Position numbers and translations under genes: made by a program. This document shows, one piece after another, positions 33,549 to 47,711 of a stretch of DNA of 64,000 bases. Where the stretch lies: contig OZ024740.1 of NCBI GenBank assembly GCA_964016885.1, positions 26,040,001 through 26,104,000 of the forward strand, written 5' to 3'. Positions within the stretch are counted from its first letter, which is position 1. The number at the start of each line of letters is the position of its first letter. Below the pieces are notes generated by a model, which did not search any database, was not told where the DNA came from, and worked only from the letters and a program-made list of their open reading frames with translations. The stretch comes from Eledone cirrhosa. Its lineage: Eukaryota.

Positions 33549-33960
33549 GAAATGACAGGAGGCTGGACTTGTGTAAATCCTTGAAAGGTTTATTATACTA
33601 TGATCATTTCAATGACCGGGTTCCATATGAATCCGGTGATATGATATCATCAGGTATTCGAAATATAATAAGTGAATGTAATAGATAAAATCCATGGGGC
33701 TGAAAATCAAAGACCCGAGGACGACCACCATCCAGCATCTTCCACCTTTGCCGGTCCCCCTCAAGTTGAGGGCGACTGGCAAAGGTGGAAGATACTGGAA
33801 GATGCCCCATGGATTTTATCTATTACATTCACTTATTATATTTCGAATACCTGATGATATCACCGGATCCATACGGAACCCGGTCATTGAAATGATCATA
33901 ATGTAATAAACCTTTCAAGGATTTACACAAGTCCAGCCTCCTATCATTTCATTATAATAT
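33541..33960. mobile_element. ~420-bp palindromic element with outward-facing hammerheads (33595-33657 -, 33847-33905 +)
   Basis: ATAC-CTGATGA-..ACCGG..CCGGT..-GAAA-TGATCA-TA-GTAT (left arm, minus strand). Confidence 0.8.
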
Positions 33961-34121
33961 TTAACTCCGTACTAGCACCACCAACTACAAAAAGAAAGAC
34001 GGTTGAACTGCTTTACGTTGAGTACTCTCCATATTATTACATTAAGATTGACCATACGGAATTGACCAGCTCTATCCAGTGGTGAACCTCAAACCTGAAT
34101 AAATATATATATATATATATA

Positions 34122-34839
34122 TACGATATTAATAAATGGAAACTATATTTATAAAACCATATTTATTTCATTATACATATTTCAGGGATACCAAATTAAA
34201 TTATGGTATGCCTTCATCAGACAAAATACAATATATAACAGTTTTACAAATAAGCTTTGACGTACCCTTTTAAAATGCAACCATTATTTTTGGAAGCCAT
34301 CTGGATAGTGAATTGTTTATATTATTTTAATAAGTCTTAGTGTTAAGGACAATTAGAAAAAGACGGAGAGAAAGAAAAAAGACGGAGAGAGAGAAAAAAG
34401 AAAAAGAAATATCGGAGAGAAAGAAATGCATGGAGAAAAAAGAGAGAGATAAATAAATAAAGACAGTTTTTTCTTTTCCTTTTTTCTCTCTCTCCGTCTT
34501 TTTTCTTTCTCTCCATCTTTTTCTAATTGTCCTTAACACTAAGACTTATTAAAATAATATAAACGATTCACTATCCAGATGGCTTCCAAAAATAATGGGT
34601 GCCTTTTAAAATGGTACGTCAAAGCTTATTTGTAAAACTGTTATATATTGTATTTTGTCTGATGAAGGGATACCATAATTTAATTTGGTATCCCTGAAAT
34701 ATGTATAATGAAATAAATATGGTTTTATAAATATAGTTTCCATTTATTAATATCGTATATCTACTCCAAATATTTGTCGAGTGCTTTATATCAGTTATAA
34801 AAATATTTGTTGTATCCCAACAATTTTAAATAGAACTTT

Positions 34840-34843
<4 letters not shown>
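34122..34843. mobile_element. Family B palindromic element with hammerheads at 34164-34228 (-) and 34651-34715 (+)
   Basis: Perfect stem II AGGGATACCA/TGGTATCCCT; 8-bp stem I with GU pairs; (TA)n flanks. Confidence 0.8.
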
Positions 34844-34894
<51 letters not shown>

Positions 34895-34897
<3 letters not shown>

Positions 34898-35773
34898 GGT
34901 CCCGGGTTGAGTCGGGGATAACCACAGTAAGTAAGGTACTCAATACATGGCAGAGTAAAATATTTTTATTTTATAGAAGGAGCTTCTACGGGACTAGTAC
35001 TGTTTCATTCAGATGAAATCTTCAGGAAGCTGGGTGTCATATTAAGTTCTGGTATTTATACATTTAGGTAGTGGTAAGGGAGGGGTGGTGGAAGGGGGGG
35101 GGGGGTATTTAGGTACACAGGACCACTTCATGGCACAGGCCGTTTTTTCTTTGGGGAGTGGTCAATTAGCCAGACTGCTTTTTTGAAATAAGTAAATAAG
35201 TAAATAAATAAATAAATGAATAAATAATAAATAAATAAAATAAATAAAAAAATAAATAAAAAAATTAAAAAAATATAAATAAAAACCCCAAGAATAGTAA
35301 TTTAACAGATATATAGTAGGGAAATTTAGGTGGGTTGGTAATAGAAATTAAACATTAAACAAGACCGAATCATGGCACAGACTGGGCTGAGTGGTCAAGT
35401 TAACATACAAGCCACAGGTGGCCAGAGTGTTTAATATTAATAACTTAATAGTGACATTAATTATTTTATCCTCTATCAGGCCCAGTTTAAAATTTAAAAT
35501 TTAAAATTAAAATTTGTCCCACTACCTTTATACTATAGACACATGTATGAGTGCGAACGAGTGCGTGTTTGTGCATATGCGTTTATGTGTACTTATTTGT
35601 ATGTATGTATGTGTATGTATGCGTGTTTGCTTGTAAATGCGTATGTGTGTGTATGTATATATGTATATATATATATGTATGTATATGTATATGTATATAT
35701 ATATATGTATGTATATGTATATATATATGTATGTATATATATATAATTATATATATATATATATGTGTATGGG

Positions 35774-35824
<51 letters not shown>

Positions 35825-36331
35825 AGGTATATATATATATATATATATGAGATTTTATATGTATGTGTGTGTGTGTGTATATATATGTATATATATGTGT
35901 GAATGTATGTGTTTGTGTGTGTGTGTGTGTATGTATGTGTATGTATGTGTGTGCATATGTATGTATGTGTATGTATAGTATAGTTTACACGAGAGAGACA
36001 TACGTACATGAAGGTGTGTATATATATATATATATATGTATACACATATATATGTATATATATATGTATGTGTGTGTATGCGCACGTGTGTATGTGTAGA
36101 TATATATGTGTGTGTATGTGTATGCGTGTGTGTGTGTATATTTGTGTGTTTGTGTTTTCCTTGTGTATATATGTATATATGTGTATGTATGTATGTGTGT
36201 GTATGTGTATGTGTGTGTGTGTGTGTATGTGTATACGCACACATATGTGTGTGTGTGTATATATACATATATATATATATGTATATATATGGATATGTGT
36301 GTGAATGTGTAGGTGTGCACACACACACATG

Positions 36332-36365
<34 letters not shown>

Positions 36366-36975
36366 GGTATATATGTGTGTGTGAGTGTTTAAATATATGT
36401 TTAAATATATATATATATATATATATGTGTCTGTGTGTATATGTGTGTGTAAGTGTTTATGTATGTGGTTGTGAGTATGTAAATATATTTTATTCTTTCC
36501 ATCCTACAAAAACACTCTGGCCACCTGTGGCTTGTATGTTAACTTGACCACTCACCCCAGTCTGTGCCATGATTCGGTCTTGTTAAATGTTTAATTTCTA
36601 TTACCAACCCACCTAAATTTCCCTACTATATATCGGTTGAATTACTATTCTTGGGGTTTTTATTTATATTTTTTTTATTTTTTTATTTATTTTTTTATTT
36701 ATTTTATTTATTTATTATTTATTCATTTATTTATTTATTTACTTACTTATTTATTTCAAAAAACCACTCTGGCTAATTGACCACTCCCCAAAGAAAAAAC
36801 GGCCTGTGCCATGAAGTGGTCCTGTGTACCTAAATACCATCCCCCCCTTCCACCACCCCTCCCTTACCACTACCTAAATGTATAAATACCAGAACTTAAT
36901 ATGACACCCAGCTTCCTGAAGATTTCATCTGAATGAAACAGTACTAGTCCTGTAGAAGCTCCTATAAAATATAAA
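34895..36975. mobile_element. 2-kb fold-back element: ~450-bp arms, microsatellite core, terminal hammerheads (34981-35031 -, 36910-36960 +)
   Basis: AGCTTC-CTGAAGA-tTTC ATCT GAAt-GAAA-CAG..CTG-TA-GAAGCT; arms 34975-35432 and 36508-36968. Confidence 0.8.
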
Positions 36976-36992
36976 TATATATATATATATAT

Positions 36993-37923
36993 AAAGGACG
37001 ATTGATTATTCCTTCATTGCATTTATTGATAGGTGACGCGCGTTTCGCCACTGATCAGCTCAAGGTTCGATCTATATCGATCCTACCCGACTCAATAATC
37101 GGCAGCTCGACGGACCCTCTTAAAATGCTATAAGAAAATGAAATAAATGCTATGTGGTAAAGTTAGAGTTTCAAGAGTTTGACAAAATGAGTTGTTTTGA
37201 TTGGTGGGAAGATCAAGGCGATGTACTGGCCTGTAGTGTATATGGGGGTGGGGGTGATGGTGAGATGTTGGTGACGGTCGGTGGATGAGGTGGGCTCTGG
37301 TGTGGTGGTGGCGGGTTGGCCTTGGCGTGTAGAGTATGTGGGGTGGATGTGATGATATGGTGGTGGTTATGGTTATTTAGTGGGATGGGCTGTGGTATGA
37401 GGTTAGTGGTTTGTCAGTAGACGGGTTGGCGTGTGGGTGGGGGTGTAGTAGTGGTACCGTTGTCTATGGTAGCGGCGCTTGTGGTGCTGTGGTGGATGTA
37501 TTGGTGGCGTCAAGGTCCTTATATAGATACATAGCTAGACGCTCTTGGTCTGAAGATACTATGTATATACGTATGCGCACACACATATATGTATATATGT
37601 GCACATATATTGTTGTATAAACACACACAACACAAAACACACACGCACATCCTTGCCCACACATATCGATACACGCTCATACACAGCCATATGTATATGT
37701 ACACACATGTATGTGCATGCGCGCATGTGTACACGAATATGGAGAGTGCGGGGGTATCGGTGGGGGTGGCGAACGACAGAGATGGGGGGAAGGTGAGAGG
37801 CAATGTAGAAGGTGTTTTACATATATACATACACACACATACATATGGGTATGGGCACATGGACTCACACTCATGTATGCAAAATATACACATACACACT
37901 CACACACACGTATACTCACACAT

Positions 37924-37964
<41 letters not shown>

Positions 37965-39590
37965 TGTACAGACAACACACACATACACGCACATATATGA
38001 GCTCACCTACACATACAGTCAGATTCACCCATATACATATATGTAGACGTACACATACACACACATACATACACATACATATATACACACACATACACAT
38101 ACGCATACACATACACATATATATACAGATATACACATACACACACATAGATATATGCATACACATGTGTTCACATACACACACATATAAATATGCATAC
38201 ACGCACGCACACTAAACGCTCGTATGTGTAAAAATACCTACACACAGACACACACACTATTGTTGGTTGGGGAGTGGAGGTATGTGTTGTCGGCGTTGAT
38301 GAAGTATGGAGTTGTGTTTTGTGGTGGTGGTGGTGTTGTGAGGGACAAAAATATATATACCGGATCGAATACCGGTTAAAAGGTGACATAGGGAACGCGG
38401 GGGAGAAGCGTTTATGGACGTACGGCGATGTGTGTTGTGGACATGGTGATGGTGGTGGTGCTGGGGTGATATGTTCGACAAGATGATTACATGATCAGAG
38501 GTTACGGTGTGTTATAGGGTAGGCAGACCAGGGGTGGAGGATATATAATACAGTCGATCTGGGAGCGAGGGATGATATGTGTTGATGATGTTAATGATAA
38601 TGATTGTTGAAGTATGTGGATGTATCTAGTGGTGGCTGTGGTTGTGTGTGCGTGCGACAGTACAATTACAGGGTCAAATTTAGCGTGGGGTTGTAGGTTA
38701 GGGTAGATAGAGGGAACATGGGGGGATGAGGTTGTAGGCGTGTATGGTAGGCATATGACGATGTGTGGTGTGGTGGTGGTGGCGATGGTGTGATATGATC
38801 GACATTGTATTTACAAGGTCCCTTGTCATTGTGGATTGCAAGGTAAAACGTATCATAGTATACCGATCTAATACGATGTTGCAACGATGAGGTGTGTATG
38901 TTGATGTGAATTTTGGTGGTGGTCATGGTGATGCGTGCGGCATGATATACAAATGCGGGCTTAGAAATGATTACATGGAGTACAATACAATAAGTTCATT
39001 GAGGTGGGCGATGTTGAGACGGGGTACAGGTGGTTATTAATATGGTGTGTCGTGGTTAGTGTGATTTTTGGTGTGGGTTATGTATGCGGCATGATATACA
39101 AAATACGGGCTTACATATGGTTAAATTCAATGCAATGAAATAAGATAAAGTGAAGTTAGATTAGAATTAAAGTTCGATGAGATGGGCGATGGTGATACGG
39201 GGCAGCTGTGGTTATTATTATGGTGGGTCATGGTTAGTGCGTGGTCCTCCCGCGAAAGTTTGTGCAGAAAAGGTGTGCATCCGAGTGTGTCTGCAATTGA
39301 CAATTATGTCCGACCTATAGTTTATGGCAGAATCAAGATTAATTATTTCCGCCGCCTCATCTAGGCGTAATGTGCAGTGGTTTCTGTCACTGGGGATGTA
39401 TGCCATGCGTCTTTTTACTGACCACGAAATCCGGGATTCAATATTCCTGTCCTTGAGGTCCCATATCAGATCGGCCAGTTTTGTTTGGGGTCGTTTCGAT
39501 CTATGTTTGAAGGAGCTTCTGTGGTTATACCAACGCTCCTTAAACATAGTGGGGTCGCACCTATATATGAGTACTCCTTATTGCCGGCCT
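36993..39590 (-). mobile_element. 5'-truncated PLE: GIY-YIG remnant, long 3' region and terminal hammerhead-like motif
   Basis: YIGAT (frameshift) FKERWYNHRSSF..L...IWDLK..CTLRLDE..INYR..CRH at 39218-39575; GAAA-CGCGCG-TC-ACCT motif at 37031-37117; continuity of the middle part is inferred. Confidence 0.65.
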
Positions 39591-39839
39591 GACATATATA
39601 ATATATATATGGACGTTTGACTGCCAATGCATCTAGAGTGTTAGCCTAATGACCCGCTCCACCAGTTGCAGGGATGGTGATATATAGATATTTCGATACA
39701 TGGATTCGTAACTCATGTTGGTTCAGTATGGGCAACGTAGTCAGTCACATACAGCGTTAACTGGGCCTTTTTAAATTTTGGGGTACCGGTGACCTCTCAA
39801 GGTTTGATCAGATTATTTCTTCCAGAGAGGGGGATAGAA

Positions 39840-41494
39840 GGACATAGAGTGAGAGAGGGAGATATAAGTATATAGAGTGAGAGAGGGAGATATAAGTATA
39901 TAGAGTGAGAGAGGGAGAGATAGAAGTATATAGAGTGAGAGAGAGACAGTGATAGAAGTATATAGAGTGAGAGAGAGAGAGATGGAAGTATATAGAGTGA
40001 GAGAGGGAGATATAAGTATATAGAGTGAGAGAGAGAGATATAAGTATATAGAGTGAGAGAGGGAGATAGAAGTATATAGAGTGAGAGAGAGAGATATAAG
40101 TATATAGAGTGAGAGAGGGATATAGAAGTATATAGAGTATATATATATATATAGAGAGAGAGAGAAGTATATGGAGAAGAGAGAGATAGAAGTATATAGA
40201 GTGAGAGAGAGAGAGAGAGGCATAGAATATATAGAGTGAGAGATAGAAGTATATAGAGTGAGTGAGAGCGAGAGATAGAAGTATATAGAGTAAGGGAGAG
40301 AGATATAGAAGTATATAGAGTGAGAGAGAGAGAGAGATAGAAGTATATAGAGTGAGATAGAGATAGAAGTATGTAGAGTGAGAGAGATAGAAGTATATAC
40401 AGTGAGAGAGAGAGATAGAAGTATATAGAGTGAGAGAGGGAGATAGAAGTATATAGAGTGAGAGAGAGAGATAGAAGTATATAGAGTGAGAGAGATAGAT
40501 ATAAGTATATAGAGTGAGAGAGAGAGATAGAAGTATATAGAGTGAGAGAGGGAGATAGAAGTATATAGAGTGTGAGAGAGATATAGAAGTATATAGAGTG
40601 AGAGAGAGAGAGAGATAGAAGTATATAGAGTGAGAGAGAGATAGAAGTATGTAGAGTGAGAGAGATAGAAGTATATACAGTGAGAGAGAGAGATAGAAGT
40701 ATATAGAGTGAGAGAGGGAGATAGAAGTATATAGAGTGAGAGAGAGAGATAGAAATATATAGAGTGAGAGAGAAAGATATAAGTATATAGAGTGAGAGAG
40801 AGAGATAGAAGTATATAGAGTGAGAGAGGGAGATAGAAGTATATAGAGTGTGAAAGAGATATAGAAGTATATAGAGTGAGAGAGAGAGAGAGAGATAGAA
40901 GTATATAGAGTGAGAGAGGGAGATAGACGTATATAGAGTGATAGAGAGAGATAAAAGTATATAGAGTGAGAGAGAGAGATAGAAGTATATAGAGTGAGAG
41001 AGAGAGATAGAATTATATAGAGTGAGAGAGGGAGAGATAGAAGTATATACAGTGAGAGAGAGAGATAGAAGTATATAGAGTGATAGAGGGAGATAGAAGT
41101 ATATAGAGTGAGAGAGAGAGATAGAAGTATATAGAGTGAGAGAGGGAGAGATAGAAGTATATAGAGTGAGAGAGAGAGATAGAAGTATATAGAGTGAGTG
41201 AGATATATATAAGTATATAGAGTGAGAGAGAGATATATAAGTATATAGAGTGAGAGAGGGAGATAGAAGTATATAGAGTGAGAGAGAGATATTGAAGTAT
41301 ATAGAGTGAGAGAGAGAGAGAAGTATATATAGTGAGAGAGAGAGCGATATAAGTATATAGAGTGAGAGAGGGAGAGATAGAAGTATATAGAGTGAGAGAG
41401 GGAGAGTTAGAAGTATATAGATTGAGAGAGGGAGAGAGATAGAAGTATATCGAGTGAGAGAGAGACATTAGAAGTATATAGAGTGAGAGAGAGA

Positions 41495-41540
<46 letters not shown>

Positions 41541-42428
41541 TATATATATAAGTATATAGAGTGAGAGAGGGAGATAGAAGTATATAGAGTAAGAGAGGGA
41601 GATAGAAGTATATAGAGTGAGAGAGAGAGAGATAGAAGTATATAGAGTGAGAGAGGGAGAGATAGAAGTATATAGAGTGAGAGAGAGATATATAAGTATA
41701 TAGAGTGAGAAAGGGAGATATATAAGTATATAGAGTGAGAGAGGGAGATAGAAGTATATAGAGTGAGAGAGAGAGAGAGAGAGAGATAAGTATATAGAGT
41801 GAGAGAGGGAGATAGAAGTATATAGAGTGAGAGAGAGAGAGATAGAAGTATATAGAGTGAGAAAGGGTGAGATAGAAGTATATAGAGTGAGAGAGAGATA
41901 TATAAGTATATAGAGTGAGAGAGGGAGAGATATAAGTATATAGAATGAGAGAGGGTGATAGAAGTATATAGAGTGAGAGAGGGAGATAGAAGTATATAGA
42001 GTGAGAGAGGGAGATATAAGTATATAGAGTGAGAGAGAGGGAGATAGAAGTATATAGAGTGAGAGAGATATATAAATATATGGTGTGAGAGAAGGAGAGA
42101 TAGAAGTATATAGAGTGAGAGAGAGAGAGAGATAGAAGTATATAGAGTGAGAGAGAGAGAGAGATAGAAGTATGTAGAGTGAGTGAGAGAGAGTGATAGA
42201 AGTATACAGAGTGAGTGAGATAGAGTGATAGATGTATATAGATGAGAGAAAGAGAGACATAGAACTATATAGAGTGAGAGAGAAGTATGTAGAGTGACAG
42301 AGAGACATTAGAAGTATATAGAGTGAGAGAGAGAGAGAGAGAGAGAAGTATATGGAGAAAAGAGAGAGAGATTTATATAGAGTGAGAGAGAGAGAGAGGT
42401 ATGTAGAGTGAGAGAGATAGAAGTATAT

Positions 42429-42468
<40 letters not shown>

Positions 42469-42890
42469 GTAGAGTGAGAGAGATAGAAGTATATAGAGTG
42501 AGAGATAGAGAGATAGAAGTATATAGAGTGAGAGAGAGACATTAGAAGTATATAGAGTGAGAGAGAGAGAGTGAGAGAGAAGTATATGGAGAAGAGAGAG
42601 ATAGATTTATATAGAGTGAGAGAGAGATAGAAGTATGTAGAGTGAGAGAGATAGAAGTATATAGAGTAAGGAGAGAGAGAGAGAAGTATATAGAGTGAGA
42701 GAGAGACATTAGAAGTATATAGAGTGAGAGAGAGAGAGATACAAATATATAGAGTGAGAGAGAGAGATAGAAGTATATAGAGTGAGTGAGAGAGATAGAA
42801 GTATATAGAGTGAGTGAGAGATATATAAGTATATAGAGTGAGAGAGTGAGATAGAAGTATGTAGAGTGAGAGAGAGATATATAAGTATAT

Positions 42891-42937
<47 letters not shown>

Positions 42938-43291
42938 GAAGTATATATAGTGAGAGAGAGAGCGATATAAGTATATAGAGTGAGAGAGGGAGAGATAGAA
43001 GTATATAGAGTGAGAGAGGGAGAGAGATAGAAGTATATCGAGTGAGAGAGAGACATTAGAAGTATATAGAGTGAGAGAGAGAGAGAGAGAGAGAGGGGGA
43101 TATATATATAAGTATATAGAGTGAGAGAGGGAGATAGAAGTATATAGAGTGAGAGAGGGAGAGATAGAAGTATATAGAGTGAGAGAGGGAGAGATAGAAG
43201 TATATAGAGTGAGAGAGAGATATATAAGTATATAGAGTGAGAGAGGGAGATATATAAGTATATAGAGTGAGAGAGGGAGATAGAAGTATAT

Positions 43292-43331
<40 letters not shown>

Positions 43332-43891
43332 GTGTATAGAGTGAGAGAGGGAGATAGAAGTATATAGAGTGAGAGAGAGAGAGAGATAGAAGTATATAGA
43401 GTGAGAGAGGGAGAGATAGAAGTATATAGAGTGAGAGAGAGATATATAAGTATATAGAGTGAGAGAGGGAGAGATATAAGTATATAGAATGAGAGAGGGT
43501 GATAGAAGTATATAGAGTGAGAGAGGGAGATAGAAGTATATAGAGTGAGAGAGGGAGATATAAGTATATAGAGTGAGAGAGAGGGAGATAGAAGTATATA
43601 GAGTGAGAGAGATATATAAGGATATGGTGTGAGAGAAGGAGAGATAGAAGCATATAGAGTGAGAGAGAGAGAGATAGAAGTATATAGAGTGAGAGAGAGA
43701 GAGATAGAAGTATATAGAGTGAGAGAGAGAGAGAGATAGAAGTATGTAGAGTGAGTGAGAGAGAGTGATAGAAGTATACAGAGTGAGTGAGATAGAGTGA
43801 TAGAAGTATATAGATGAGAGAAAGAGAGAGATAGAACTATATAGAGTGAGAGAGAAGTATATAGAGTGACAGAGAGACATTAGAAGTATAT

Positions 43892-43933
<42 letters not shown>

Positions 43934-44012
43934 ATATGGAGAAGAGAGAGAGAGATTTATATAGAGTGAGAGAGAGAGAGAGGTATGTAGAGTGAGAGAG
44001 ATAGAAGTATAT

Positions 44013-44048
<36 letters not shown>

Positions 44049-44725
44049 GTAGAGTGAGAGAGATAGAAGTATATAGAGTGAGAGATAGAGAGATAGAAGT
44101 ATATAGAGTGAGAGAGAGACATTAGAAGTATATAGAGTGAGAGAGAGAGAGTGAGAGAGAAGTATATGGAGAAGAGAGAGATAGATTTATATAGAGTGAG
44201 AGAGAGATAGAAGTATGTAGAGTGAAAGAGATAGAAGTATATAGAGTGAGAGAGAGAGAGATAGAAGTATATAGAGTGAGAGAGAGACATTAGAAGTATA
44301 TAGATTGAGAGAGAGAGAGATACAAATATATAGAGTGAGAGAGAGAGATAGAAGTATATAGAGTGAGAGAGAGAGAGTGAGAGAGAGATAGATTTATATA
44401 GAGTGAGAGAGAGATAGAAGTATGTAGAGTGAAAGAGATAGAAGTATATAGAGTGAGAGAGAGAGAGATAGAAGTATATAGAGTGAGAGAGAGACATTAG
44501 AAGTATATAGATTGAGAGAGAGAGAGATACAAATATATAGAGTGAGAGAGAGAGATAGAAGTATATAGAGTGAGAGAGATATATAAGTATATAGAGTGAG
44601 AGAGAGACATTAGAAGTATATAGAGTGAGAGAGAGACAGAGATAGAAGTATATAGATTGAGAGAGAGATAGAAGTATATAGAGTGAGAGAGGGAGATAGA
44701 AGTATATAGAGTGAGAGAGATAGAG
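39840..44725. repeat. 4.9-kb purine-rich satellite of GATAGAAGTATATAGAGT(GA)n units (~24-30 bp)
   Basis: Directly visible; higher-order duplication of ~1.55-1.6 kb. Confidence 0.95.
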
Positions 44726-44749
44726 AGGAGGAATGGACGTAACTACTGA

Positions 44750-44880
44750 ACTTGTAATTTATTTATCGACTTCGAGATTATGACAGGTAAAGTTGACTTG
44801 GGTGAGATTTAAACTCATACCGCAGAGAATCGGAACGAAGAACGGAAAACATTTTCCCGAAGTTCTAACGACTCTGCCAA
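44750..44880 (-). mobile_element. Diverged SINE copy
   Basis: TTTATCGAC..AAAGTTGAC..GATTTAAACTCA..ACTCTGCCA. Confidence 0.55.
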
Positions 44881-44893
44881 ATATCAGCTTTAA

Positions 44894-45114
44894 CCCTTTA
44901 GTATTTACATTACTTTGTATATACTATTGTATGTTCATGGTAAACACTTTACTTCACATCATTATCTCACATAATATCATATCTGTGAGATTTTGATTTT
45001 ATTTATTTTGAGAACAATAACTAAACATTAGAATGAGAGGCTGGTTACAGCTGGTTTGAACAGAAAAAGGTGAGAGAATTCTGGCCAGATATGGGCGGTT
45101 TAAATGCTAAAGGG
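44894..45114. mobile_element. piggyBac-type MITE (221 bp)
   Basis: TTAA|CCCTTTAGTATTTA ... TAAATGCTAAAGGG|TTAA: TTAA TSD and CCC/GGG termini. Confidence 0.8.
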
Positions 45115-45240
45115 TTAAGTTATATAGAGAGAGAGAGCAGTAAATAAATTACGTCTGACATTGAATAGTGTCTATGATTTTAGTAATCTTTGGTAATTCA
45201 GTCTTCCAATATTTGTTTCAGATTTTAACGTTCTAATATT

Positions 45241-47004
45241 GCTTTCTTATACAGGCACAAGGCCAGCAATGTTGGGAGAGGGGAAAGTCGATTAAATCGA
45301 CCCCAGTCCGTGATTAGTACATAATTCATCGACCCCATAACGATGAAAGGCAAAGTTAACCTCGGCGGGATTTGAACTCAGATCATAAAGGGCCGTAACT
45401 CTATGCTGCAAAGCATGGCATCGGACCCTCTACCGATACTGCCAATCTACCACCCTAGCATAGCATCCGACTCACTACCGATACTGCTAATCTACCACCC
45501 TAGCATGGCATCGGACCCTCAACCGATACTGCCAATCTACCACCTAGCATGGCATCCGACCCTCAACCGATACTGCCAATCTACCACCTAGCATGGCATC
45601 CGACCCTCAACCGATACTGCCAATGTACCACCTAGCATGGCATCTGACCCTCAACCGATACTGCCAATCTACCACCCTAGCATGGCATCCGACCCTCAAC
45701 CGATACTGCCAATGTACCACCTAGCATGGCATCCGACCCTCTACCGATACTGCCAATCTACCACCCTAGCATGGCATCCGCTCCCTCTACCGATACTGCC
45801 AATCTACCACCCTAGCATGGCATCTGACCCTCTACCGATACTGCCAATCTACCACCCTAGCATGGCATCTGACCCTCTACCGATACTGCCAATCTACCAC
45901 CCTAGCATGGCATCCGCACCCTCTACCGATACTGCCAATCTACCACCCTAGCATGGCATCCGCACCCTCTACCGATACTGCCAATCTACCACCCTAGCAT
46001 GGCATCCGCTCCCTCTACCGATACTGCCAATCTACCACCCTAGCATGGCATCTGACCCTCTACCGATACTGCCAATCTACCACCCTAGCATGGCATCCGC
46101 ACCCTCTACCGATACTGCCAATCTACCACCCTAGCATGGCATCCGCACCCTCTACCGATACTGCCAATCTACCACCCTAGCATGACATCCGCACCCTCTA
46201 CCGATACTGCCAATCTACCACACTAGCATGACATCCGCACCCTCTACCGATACTGCCAATCTACCACCCTAGCATGACATCCGCACCCTCTACCGATACT
46301 GCCAATCTACCACCCTAGCATGGCATCCGCACCCTCTACCGATACTGCCAATCTACCACCCTAGCATGGCATCCGCACCCTCTACCGATACTGCCAATCT
46401 ACCACCCTAGCATGGCATCCGCACCCTCTACCGATACTGCCAATCTACCACCCTAGCATGGCATCCGCACCCTCTACCGATACTGCCAATCTACCACCCT
46501 AGCATGACATCCGCACCCTCTACCGATACTGCCAATCTACCACCCTAGCATGACATCCGCACCCTCTACCGATACTGCCAATCTACCACCCTAGCATGAC
46601 ATCCGCACCCTCTACCGATACTGCCAATCTACCACCCTAGCATGGCATCCGCACCCTCTACCGATACTGCCAATCTACCACCCTAGCATGGCATCCGCAC
46701 CCTCTACCGATACTGCCAATCTACCACCCTAGCATGGCATCCGCACCCTCTACCGATACTGCCAATCTACCACCCTAGCATGGCATCCGCACCCTCTACC
46801 GATACTGCCAATCTACCACCCTAGCATGGCATCCGCTCCCTCTACCGATACTGCCAATCTACCCCCCTAGCATGGCATCCGACCCTCAACCGATACTGCC
46901 AATCTACCACCCTAGCATGGCATCCGCACCCTCTACCGATACTGCCATCCACCACCCTAGCATGGCATCCGCACCCTCTACCGATACTGCCATCCACCGC
47001 CCTC
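45241..47004 (-). mobile_element. SINE with tandemly amplified 5' head
   Basis: TSD AACGTTCTAATATT at 45227-45240 and 47005-47018. Confidence 0.88.
45412..47003. repeat. 43-46-bp minisatellite (~35 units) derived from the SINE A-box region
   Basis: Unit CTAGCATGGCATCCGCACCCTCTACCGATACTGCCAATCTACCACC. Confidence 0.95.
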
Positions 47005-47124
47005 AACGTTCTAATATTAAATCTTGTCGTGGCCAAATTTGTCCTCCAAACTTCCAGTTTCCATAAAATAAAGTACCATAAAAAATTCGGCTTAAATGAT
47101 TAATCTTTCTGCATTAATTTTACG

Positions 47125-47265
47125 TAGCACAGTTACGTCCCTTTACGGACTGAGTTCAAATCCCGCCGAGGTTAACTTTGCCTTTCATCCTTACGGGGTC
47201 GATAAAATAAAGTACCAGTTATACCCTGGGGTAATTGCCCGCCTTGTGCCTAAAGTAGAAACAAT
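47125..47265 (+). mobile_element. 5'-truncated SINE
   Basis: B box, core and AAGTAGAAACAATT tail. Confidence 0.85.
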
Positions 47266-47499
47266 TAATTTTACGTCGTGCCTATAGTAAGAACAACTAT
47301 TTATTGAGCTGTTTTGTTGGCTATTTATATTCTGAGTTCCAATCTCGCCGCCGCAGTCAACTTCGCCCGTCCTCCCCCGTATGAGGAGGTTACCACAACA
47401 TACCAAACAAGTATTACTGACCCTGTGTTGAAATAGTTTGTAGGGGTTGTTATTAATAGATGTAACAATATTAATATTAGAAACAGCAGCAACAGAATC

Positions 47500-47558
<59 letters not shown>

Positions 47559-47578
47559 ATGTTGTTGCTGTAGTAGAC

Positions 47579-47615
<37 letters not shown>

Positions 47616-47629
47616 ATGTTGTTGTTGTA

Positions 47630-47711
<82 letters not shown>

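Noticed and set aside
41013-44497. 205-509-aa S/L/Y-rich ORFs
   Set aside because: Satellite strand that happens to lack stop codons
45412-47003. CRISPR-like regular repeat array
   Set aside because: Units are contiguous with no unique spacers, there are no cas genes, and the unit is the SINE 5' end
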